From Clostridia bacterium (lineage in GTDB: Bacteria; Bacillota; Clostridia; Oscillospirales; CAG-272), in the NCBI GenBank assembly GCA_017503165.1, contig JAFVTO010000153.1, positions 1 through 46,623 of the forward strand: DNA of 46,623 nt, given 5' to 3'. The notes below the pieces were generated by a model. It worked only from the letters and a program-made list of their open reading frames with translations. It was not told the origin of the DNA and searched no databases. Numbering within the stretch: position 1 is the stretch's first letter; every line of letters starts with the position of its first letter. Shown here piece by piece: positions 1 through 6,771 of this stretch. The position numbers were made by a program, and so were the translations under genes.

Positions 1-72
1 GGGAGCCTGCCTTCGCTCCTTCGTATGCCTTAATTAAAGACTGCAAAACGAGTGACAAAAGTAACGCAAAGG

Positions 73-106
73 CACTTATGGCAAATGATTTCCATAAGTG
101 TTTTTT
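73..106 (+). terminator. Rho-independent terminator (for a gene upstream of the window)
   Basis: Stem CACTTATGG/CCATAAGTG with a 10-nt loop, followed by TTTTTT. Confidence 0.6.
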
Positions 107-125
107 GCTACCTTCCGGGAGGTGC

Positions 126-306
126 GCCGCCCCTCGTGTCATCCTGAGCGGAGGGCGAAGCCCGCAGTCGAACCCGTAGGGCGATGCGTAGCATCGGGAT
201 CTACGATGGAAAGAATGCTGTTCTCGCCCGAGATCCTGCTCGGCTTTGCCTCTCACTGCTCCGCAGTTCGACTTCGCTACGCTTCGCTCAGGATGACACG
301 GGCGGC
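126..306. repeat. ~180-nt imperfect inverted-repeat / long-hairpin element
   Basis: CGTGTCATCCTGAGCG (135-150) is the perfect reverse complement of 285-300. The flanking pairs GCCGCCC/GGGCGGC and AGTCGAAC/GTTCGACT extend the arms. An internal hairpin CGATGC-GTA-GCATCG is also present. Confidence 0.6.
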
Positions 307-392
307 AATCGTGTGTAGCCACGGTTGCTATGCTTGCTAAAGCACAGTCATTCTCAATCAACTCCCATTTGATTTTATCAATACTGCCTACA

Positions 393-421
393 TTGAAATC
401 AACTGTCGTTTGTGATATACT
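393..421 (+). promoter_or_regulatory. Sigma-70-type promoter of the XRE regulator gene
   Basis: TTGAAA (393-398), 17-nt spacer, TATACT (416-421). Confidence 0.55.
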
Positions 422-465
422 ATATACAACGAAAGCAGCTTTCAAATATTTCAAAGGAGAAACGT

Positions 466-1311
466 ATGAGTATTGAAATTATAGGAAAACAGATCGCATC
501 TTTGCGTAAGGAAAAAGGAATCAAACAAGAAGAACTCGCAAATTACGTTGGTGTAAGTACACAGGCAGTCTCCAAGTGGGAAAACGGCGGTGTTCCAGAT
601 ACTGAACTTTTGCCTAAAATTGCAGACTTCTTTGGAGTTTCGGTAGACTCTTTGTTTGGACGAAATATTACAGATTACAGTGGTCTCAGATCTGCGTTAA
701 TTAAAAAGATATGTGACACTCCACGTGACGAACGCTTTAAACTTGTTTTCAATTATTGTTGGGATATGGAAAGAGCAATGATGCCCCATGGAGACAGCAT
801 AGAAAAATGCAGTATTGAAGATTATGAAAAAGGAATTGGCACGGATGCACAGCATTATTCTTCAATAATGCAAAACGACGGATTTACCCGAATGGGAATT
901 GCTAACCGTTCACAATATTTTTTGATTGTTCCCGAGCCTAAAAGTACAAATGATGCATATTTTAAGGAAATTGATTATCCTTCTTTTTTTAGAGATCTTT
1001 CGGACGAAGATTTTTGGAATGCTTGTGTCTATCTGAACAAACGTGATTTCAAAAAAGCATTTACAAGTGCATTGTTTATAAACAAATTAGGGATCAATGC
1101 TGAAAAGGCAGGAGAGATATTAAGCAAACTAAAAAAATACAAAATGGTATACTCGACACAAGTTGAAATGGATGATGAGATACAAACGTTTTATCATTTT
1201 AGTCCTACCCCCTCATTTATCGCTTTGCTGATTTTTGCACGGGAGATCATTGATAAACCCGAAATATTTGCGTACTATTGCGGCGGTAGAGAAAAGCCAT
1301 ATCTTGAATAA
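466..1311 (+). CDS. XRE-family HTH transcriptional regulator with an unrecognised ~220-aa C-terminal domain
   Basis: HTH motif IGKQIASLRKEKGIKQEELANYVGVSTQAVSKWENGG. AGGAG RBS lies upstream of ATG 466. The ORF-track start GTG 412 lies inside the promoter spacer, so 466 is preferred. Confidence 0.75.
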   Translation: MSIEIIGKQIASLRKEKGIKQEELANYVGVSTQAVSKWENGGVPDTELLPKIADFFGVSVDSLFGRNITDYSGLRSALIKKICDTPRDERFKLVFNYCWDMERAMMPHGDSIEKCSIEDYEKGIGTDAQHYSSIMQNDGFTRMGIANRSQYFLIVPEPKSTNDAYFKEIDYPSFFRDLSDEDFWNACVYLNKRDFKKAFTSALFINKLGINAEKAGEILSKLKKYKMVYSTQVEMDDEIQTFYHFSPTPSFIALLIFAREIIDKPEIFAYYCGGREKPYLE

Positions 1312-1398
1312 TTGTGTGCGTGGATTTCTATGGATAAATTTCTGTATTTGTTGTCTTTAAGTAAGTCAGTACTTCTTCTGCCTATATATATAAAATTC

Positions 1399-1436
1399 CC
1401 ACAAACCGTAAGCTTCGGTCTGTGGAAATTTTTTTG
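1399..1436 (+). terminator. Rho-independent terminator after the XRE regulator gene
   Basis: Stem CCACAAACCG/CGGTCTGTGG (9 of 10 pairs), 7-nt loop, then AAATTTTTTT. Confidence 0.6.
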
Positions 1437-1717
1437 TTGCTGCGTTTTCTCCGTTAAGAACAGCAGAGAAAAACGTGATGTTCTTATCGGAGAAATAAGA
1501 TAGGAGTATGGGCATAGCCCGATGCATTTGTTATACAAATGCGAAACTGGCGATAAAAACCAGAAGAGAGAGTGCTGCGGAAGCAAAATTGTAGTGAACC
1601 GTCAGCTCTGTTTTTTCTGCCATGAGAATATGCAAAGCATTTCAAAGCTATATGAGTCAACGCAGAGCTATACGAGTCAATGCAGAACGATGCCGCAGCA
1701 TGAAGCCTCGGTGCCTG

Positions 1718-2761
1718 TTATATAGCGCCTCCGTGAGCCGCGATGGCGGAGTTTTTATATATCGGATCGTCTGTAACTTCCTTTATAACGGTTATATCGT
1801 CCGGGAAGCTGACGGCTTCGTTTTCGTCGCTCAATTCGATCTCCATGATAGCCTTATCGTTCCAGAAGGGATAGACGTCTATTTCGAAATACTGGTTTTT
1901 ATGTATCAGGCAATATCTTGTTTTGCGGACCTGCTTTTTCGTGGTATCGGCATCCAATAGCAGCTCCAGATATTCGTCCTTCGACAGCCTGCTTTCTATT
2001 TCTACCCTCTTGGTACCGGTGACCGTTCTTTTTACCGTCTTGAAGTAGATAAAGTGTCCCGCCTCGCCTCTCTGTCTTACCCGTACCTCCTCGTCTTTTT
2101 CCGAGCGGAGATAGGTCTGGATTATTTCAACGCGGCGACAGGTCGGGTTAGCCTCAAGCAGACGGATATCGGGATAGCCGATAAGAAACTTTCTTTCTAT
2201 CTCGTAAGGCTCCGGCTCTCCTAAGAACACGGAGATCTCCTTTATCACTCTGTCTATCTTCCGGTCGAAGGGAGAGGAATTGTCGATAACTCTGAGGTGG
2301 GGATGTCCCGTCCATGCGGAAATTATCGCATCGTCCATAGCCGCCGCCTGCTCCACCGTCTCGGTGCGGGCTTTGTTGTTGGAAAGTGTGTAAAACTCCT
2401 CTGCTCCCTTTGCGGCGGTGACCAGATGGAATACCGCGTCGTATTTGTCCCGAAGCTCGGTTTCGTTCATACCCAGCTCTCTCATAAGCCGAGTAAACTC
2501 ATCGTCGGTCATATACGCCTTGTTATCCATTGCACCGCGGTCGCATACAATAAGGACCTTTTCTCCTCCGCGCAGGGCTCTTGCGGCTTCTTCATATATC
2601 TTTTCTCTTTCAAGCTGGAGTTTTAACAGCGCACGCTGAAAATCGTAATTTGTATTGAGCGTCCGGGGCGAAATGCCGCCGGTTATCAGCTCCGTCGCTG
2701 TTTCCGATATAAATATAACGCAGTATCCGAGCTGCATGAATCTCTCCTGGATACGGCTCAT
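1718..2761 (-). CDS. P-loop NTPase (AAA_28/uridine-kinase-like) fused to a CYTH (triphosphate tunnel metalloenzyme) domain
   Basis: CYTH N-terminal signature YEIERKFLI in the C-terminal half, with a kinase-like body VLIVCDRGAMDNKAY. The Walker A LTGGPCAGKST is encoded in frame just upstream (2765-2797) of the first ATG, so the start is unresolved (see finding). Confidence 0.7.
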   Translation of the reverse strand: MSRIQERFMQLGYCVIFISETATELITGGISPRTLNTNYDFQRALLKLQLEREKIYEEAARALRGGEKVLIVCDRGAMDNKAYMTDDEFTRLMRELGMNETELRDKYDAVFHLVTAAKGAEEFYTLSNNKARTETVEQAAAMDDAIISAWTGHPHLRVIDNSSPFDRKIDRVIKEISVFLGEPEPYEIERKFLIGYPDIRLLEANPTCRRVEIIQTYLRSEKDEEVRVRQRGEAGHFIYFKTVKRTVTGTKRVEIESRLSKDEYLELLLDADTTKKQVRKTRYCLIHKNQYFEIDVYPFWNDKAIMEIELSDENEAVSFPDDITVIKEVTDDPIYKNSAIAAHGGAI

Positions 2762-3103
2762 CGCAGTGCTCTTTCCCGCGCACGGTCCTCCGGTCAGAAC
2801 TACACGGGTGATGTTCTTTTCCGAGCTTTCTTTTCGGGAGCGCGGCTCGTTCCCGCGGTATTACAGTCTCTCATTTGTGTACCCTTTCGCTATCTGTTTT
2901 TTCGTAGGCTGTGTCAAGGTCAGAATCGGTGACAGAGCCTTTTGTGTTATGATCATATTATACACTCTTAACTCAAATAAATCAAGACCTATCTGCGTGA
3001 TATAAGCAAAATTTTGGGGACAGAGCCTTGGAATATCACTCATTTGCGCTCTTTCGGGAAAGGGGGTTAAACAGACAGGGTTGAAAATGTTCTCCGTTAC
3101 ATA

Positions 3104-3132
3104 TTGACACAACTCTCAATTTATGGTATAAT
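3104..3132 (+). promoter_or_regulatory. Consensus sigma-70 promoter of the HD-Pnk/ligase operon
   Basis: TTGACA (3104-3109), 17-nt spacer, TATAAT (3127-3132). It leaves a ~90-nt leader before ATG 3232. Confidence 0.7.
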
Positions 3133-3231
3133 TCAACAAAAGCAACGTACCGCATCAATCCCCCATGCAACCACCGAGTATGTGCGGTATTGATCCGTAC
3201 CCCACCTAAATAAACTCCGGACAGTAAAGAA

Positions 3232-4410
3232 ATGAAATACAGTAGTGATATACAGAAAATAATAGATGCCGTGCCCCATAGCGGCGATCAGCCCATTGAT
3301 TGGGACGGGCTGGGTAAAACAAAATTAAAATCAGTATTCGAGAAGATGGCAAGCACGCCGCAAAACCCCGAGTATCACAGCGAGGGCGACGTGCTGACTC
3401 ACACCAAGCTGGTATGTCAGCGGCTGGTGGAGCAGGAGGAATATTCAAACGCAAGTGACCGGGATAGAACAGCGCTTTTTATTGCCGGACTACTTCACGA
3501 CATCGGAAAAATAGCCTGTACCCGACTTGAAGACGGCAAGTGGGTATCTCCGCACCATGCCCTGACCGGCGGAGTTATGGCAAGAGAGTTTCTCTGGAAG
3601 GAGCTGGGGCTTTGCGGCACGTCGGAGGCTCAACAGCTTCGCGAGGAGATCTGCGCATTGGTGAAATATCATTCCTTCCCCCCTTACGCTATTGACGATG
3701 CAGAGTCGGAAAGGAAGATGCTTAAGATTGCCTCAAACGGGCAGCTTATAAAAGGCTTTTCCGTAAGAAAGCTCTGTATTTTGGAGCGAGCGGATGCTCT
3801 GGGACGTATTTGCGAGGATTCCGAGGAGCAGCTGAATAAGACGGAATGCTGTCTGATGCTGGCTGAGGAGATGGGCTGTGCGGACACTCCTTATCCTTTT
3901 CCATCTCCATTTGCACAAAGAAGCTATATGTCGTCAAGAAGCGGCAGTAAGGACTCAGCGCCGTTCAATCCTTCCTACGGTCAGGTTATCCTGCTCTCAG
4001 GGCTGCCCGGAACCGGCAAGGATACGTGGATATCGAGAAACTGTCCCCAGCTTCCGGTCATATCTCTTGATGCTATAAGAGCTCAGCTAAAAGTCTTACC
4101 CACCGACAATCAAAGTCCGGTCATAGCCGAGGCTCATGAGCGAGCAAGAGCGTTTTTAAGGAGCAAGCAAAGCTTCGTCTGGAACGCCACCAACATAACA
4201 AGCCTGCTGAGATCAAAGCAGATCTCTCTTTTCGAGCAGTACAACGCCTCGGTTAAAACGGTCTTTCTGGAAACTGATTGGAGCACGCAGCTTAAAAGAA
4301 ACCGTTCCAGGAAAGCTGAGGTTCCGGAGAGGGTAATAGAAAAAATGCTTTCAAAGTTAGAGCTACCGGAAAGCTTTGAATGCGAAACAGTAACGTGGGA
4401 GACAGTCTGA
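3232..4410 (+). CDS. HD-Pnk: N-terminal HD phosphoesterase fused to a C-terminal P-loop 5'-OH polynucleotide kinase
   Basis: HD motifs YHSEGDVLTHT and LLHDIGK. The C-terminal Walker A is LSGLPGTGKDT. The two-domain order matches the HD-Pnk end-healing family. Confidence 0.75.
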   Translation: MKYSSDIQKIIDAVPHSGDQPIDWDGLGKTKLKSVFEKMASTPQNPEYHSEGDVLTHTKLVCQRLVEQEEYSNASDRDRTALFIAGLLHDIGKIACTRLEDGKWVSPHHALTGGVMAREFLWKELGLCGTSEAQQLREEICALVKYHSFPPYAIDDAESERKMLKIASNGQLIKGFSVRKLCILERADALGRICEDSEEQLNKTECCLMLAEEMGCADTPYPFPSPFAQRSYMSSRSGSKDSAPFNPSYGQVILLSGLPGTGKDTWISRNCPQLPVISLDAIRAQLKVLPTDNQSPVIAEAHERARAFLRSKQSFVWNATNITSLLRSKQISLFEQYNASVKTVFLETDWSTQLKRNRSRKAEVPERVIEKMLSKLELPESFECETVTWETV

Positions 4411-4436
4411 GCGCGTTACGGAGCGACACACCATGA

Positions 4437-5237
4437 ATGAAAGGAACAGACACAAAAATGGATACACTTATCAAATATCCGAGAACACGGCACCTTAAGG
4501 GCTCTCGGCTACAAAAGGGCGACGAGGATCTCAGCCAGATCCCGTTCAGTGAAATATTCGGAAGGCACATAGTTATCGAGGAAAAGATAGACGGCGCCAA
4601 TACTGCGATCTCCTTTGATCCGAGCGGAAGGCTTTTGCTCCAGAACCGTGGACATTATCTGGACGGCGGCGGAAAGGAGCGGCATTATAATCTGCTTAAA
4701 ATGTGGGCGAATACCCACCGCGATATTTTCTTCCGGGTGCTGGGCAGCCGTTACATAATGTACGGAGAATGGATGTATGCCAAGCATACAGTATTTTACG
4801 ATGCTCTGCCCGACTATTTTATGGAATTCGATATATACGACAGAGAGCGAGGTGTCTTTCTTGACACAGCCTCACGGAGAAGCTTTACCGAAAGGATGGA
4901 GGTGGTACACTCCGTTCCGGTTATCGGAGAAGGCGTCTATAAGAAGAAGGAGCCGATACTCGCTCTTCTTGCTCACTCCAACTATATTACCGACAGCCAT
5001 ATCGAAACCCTGCGCAGACTGGCTGAAAAGCAAGGGCTGGATGCGGACGCAGTTTGCAGTGAGACCGATACTTCCACCGATATGGAGGGGCTGTATATAA
5101 AGGTAGAGGAGAACGGAACCGTCGTTGAAAGAATGAAGTATGTAAGACCGTCCTTCGTTCAGGCGATCGGTGAAACGCAAACCCACTGGGTGGACCGCCC
5201 TATTATCCCCAATCAGCTGGCAAGGCAGAATTATTGA
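4437..5237 (+). CDS. ATP-dependent RNA/polynucleotide ligase (LIG partner of HD-Pnk)
   Basis: N-terminal YPRTRHL. Nucleotidyltransferase motif I is EEKIDGAN, motif IV EGLYIKVEE and motif V MKYVRPSF. An alternative start is ATG 4458 (MDTLIKYPRTRHL). Confidence 0.75.
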   Translation: MKGTDTKMDTLIKYPRTRHLKGSRLQKGDEDLSQIPFSEIFGRHIVIEEKIDGANTAISFDPSGRLLLQNRGHYLDGGGKERHYNLLKMWANTHRDIFFRVLGSRYIMYGEWMYAKHTVFYDALPDYFMEFDIYDRERGVFLDTASRRSFTERMEVVHSVPVIGEGVYKKKEPILALLAHSNYITDSHIETLRRLAEKQGLDADAVCSETDTSTDMEGLYIKVEENGTVVERMKYVRPSFVQAIGETQTHWVDRPIIPNQLARQNY

Positions 5238-5312
5238 GGGTGGAAAACGGACTCGACCGCCTTTAGCGAAAAAAGCTTTTGATCAACGGCTCTGTCACTG
5301 AAAACGACTGAG

Positions 5313-5441
5313 TTCAATGATCTCGAGGAATAACCACACATTCCGGGAGAGATGCTTTAGTGTGCGGTAATCGTTAAGAATACAAAAAAATAAATGAGGC
5401 TTTCACAAACGCGAAATTCATAGCGTTTATGAAAGCCTTTT
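5313..5441. repeat. Direct repeat, copy 1 (~125 bp), partner at 6259-6384
   Basis: Near-identical to 6259-6384 apart from one substitution (gatctc vs gagctc) and a ~4-nt indel in the A-run. It contains a remnant reading ...EFNDLEE-stop that mirrors the C-terminus FNELEE-stop of the HTH gene. Confidence 0.85.
5397..5441. terminator. Bidirectional rho-independent terminator (ligase gene on +, SLOG gene on -)
   Basis: 16-nt stem AGGCTTTCACAAACGC/GCGTTTATGAAAGCCT (one mismatch), with an A-run upstream and a T-run downstream. Confidence 0.75.
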
Positions 5442-5894
5442 CTATTCGGCAAGATTGATTATTTTTTTGTTTTTGCTACGAGCATACCGAAGCGTTTTAT
5501 ATGCTCCTCCGTATGTGTGCGAAACGTAAGCTATAACGAGATCTGCTTCAGAGACCATCCATTCGTTTCGCTTGATGATGGCATAACGAGGAGGTGTATT
5601 TTCTATAGGAGGATAGAGGGTAGAATCATATAACTTAGCATTGATAAGATATTTAATTTTTTCTTGTTGAGACTGTGTAATATATGGCGTAACGAAAACA
5701 ATCTCACAGCCTGATTTTTCCTTTTTAATTTTTCTACAGATTGATGCGCAGTGGTTATCAAAATCTCCATAACCACCAAAATAAAAAATGATTCTTTCCT
5801 CTCTCTCAATATTACTTTTTAAGGTTGTTACTATTTTTTTGCTCAAATCCGAATTTATACGCAATGTTCCGTGTCCAATGAAAGTAATTATCAT
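5442..5894 (-). CDS. SLOG-fold / DUF1273 (YpsA/YoqJ-like) family protein
   Basis: Pattern ITFIGHG...FYFGGYGDFD...VTPY...IIKRNEWMVSEADLVIAY...GGAYKTLRYA is typical of DUF1273. GAGGA RBS lies 7 nt before ATG 5894. The ORF-track start 5927 falls inside the -10 box of its own promoter. Confidence 0.6.
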   Translation of the reverse strand: MIITFIGHGTLRINSDLSKKIVTTLKSNIEREERIIFYFGGYGDFDNHCASICRKIKKEKSGCEIVFVTPYITQSQQEKIKYLINAKLYDSTLYPPIENTPPRYAIIKRNEWMVSEADLVIAYVSHTYGGAYKTLRYARSKNKKIINLAE

Positions 5895-5908
5895 TTCTCT
5901 ATCCTCAT

Positions 5909-6017
5909 CGTGGAATTCCGACATCAATTATACTCTTTGGTTAGCAATTTGTCAATATCGTGGAACTCCACGAGAGAGAAAAATTTAATCAACATATAAT
6001 ATTTGTGGAATTCCGTG
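5909..6017. promoter_or_regulatory. Three operator-like palindromes GTGGAA(T/C)TCC in the divergent promoter region
   Basis: CGTGGAATTCCG (5909-5920), CGTGGAACTCCACG (5959-5972) and TGTGGAATTCCGTG (6004-6017), spaced ~45-50 bp apart. Confidence 0.55.
5927..5955 (-). promoter_or_regulatory. Consensus sigma-70 promoter of the SLOG gene
   Basis: On the minus strand: TTGACA (5955-5950), 17-nt spacer, TATAAT (5932-5927). Confidence 0.7.
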
Positions 6018-6048
6018 AAGAATTGCTGTGATAGGAGAAACAGATATT

Positions 6049-6279
6049 ATGTTAAACGACGCTATTGTCAAAAGAATAAACGAAGTATGCAAGGAAAGGG
6101 AAGTCAATATTTGTGACGCCTGTTTGAAGGGAGGAATGTCTCCGTCGGCAATTTACGATTTGATAAAAGGTCGAACAAAGTGCTCTAAGATAATAACTGT
6201 TAAACGGTTTTGCGAAGGCGCGGGGATCACCCTTTCTGAATTTTTTGATAGGGATTATTTCAATGAGCTCGAGGAATAA
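6049..6279 (+). CDS. Small XRE-family HTH regulator
   Basis: 76 aa. HTH-like CLKGGMSPSAIYDLIKGRTKCSKIITVKRFCEGAGITLSEFF. AGGAG lies 11 nt before ATG 6049. Confidence 0.65.
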   Translation: MLNDAIVKRINEVCKEREVNICDACLKGGMSPSAIYDLIKGRTKCSKIITVKRFCEGAGITLSEFFDRDYFNELEE

Positions 6280-6384
6280 CCACACATTCCGGGAGAGATG
6301 CTTTAGTGTGCGGTAATCGTTAAGAATACAAAAAAATGAGGCTTTCACAAACGCGAAATTCATAGCGTTTATGAAAGCCTTTTT
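6259..6384. repeat. Direct repeat, copy 2 (partner of 5313-5441)
   Basis: Same sequence as copy 1. It overlaps the last 7 codons of the HTH gene and includes the same terminator hairpin. Confidence 0.85.
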
Positions 6385-6385
6385 T
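6339..6385. terminator. Bidirectional rho-independent terminator (second copy)
   Basis: Same 16-nt stem as 5397-5438, followed by TTTTT. Confidence 0.75.
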
Positions 6386-6485
6386 CTTTTGAGTCCGAGC
6401 CCTGCAACATTTAAGACGATTAGCCGCAAATCACGGTTGCTTTTGTTTGGATTTCGCGACGCGCAACGGATCTAATTTCCCCTCA

Positions 6486-6722
6486 TCACCAATCGTATGA
6501 TGTTACCTTATAGTTGTTTTCCGGCTTTACATCCTTTTCAAGAGCAGGGTCAAGGTGGAATCTGCGCATAAAGGCGATCAGCTCCGCGCCGCTCATCTGA
6601 ACCTCGTAAACGAGATAATCCACGGCCTTGCCGATCTCCATAACCTCACCGATGATGGACGTATCTCTGCCAAGCTCAAGGCGAAGTCCGTCGTCGGTCC
6701 CCAAAACAGAAGTGCTTCTCAT
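6486..6722 (-). CDS. Hypothetical 78-aa protein downstream of the helicase
   Basis: ORF with an AGGAAA-type RBS, starting 50 nt after the helicase stop on the same strand. No recognisable motif. Confidence 0.4.
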   Translation of the reverse strand: MRSTSVLGTDDGLRLELGRDTSIIGEVMEIGKAVDYLVYEVQMSGAELIAFMRRFHLDPALEKDVKPENNYKVTSYDW

Positions 6723-6771
6723 TTTCTCTATTTCCTTTCAAATCAGATTTTTATTTTTTCCGTTTATTCAC

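Noticed and set aside
98-340. 80-aa ORF at the left edge
   Set aside because: It spans a long inverted-repeat element, and its sequence is explained by the palindrome rather than by coding constraints.
1312-1725. Small ORFs (63, 67 and 103 aa) in the spacer between the XRE gene and the CYTH gene
   Set aside because: They run through a terminator hairpin, are Cys/Phe-rich with no RBS, and overlap each other.
5313-6384. Insertion sequence or integrative mobile element
   Set aside because: The repeats are direct rather than inverted, and there is no transposase, integrase or target-site signature. I therefore report it only as a repeat-bounded cassette.
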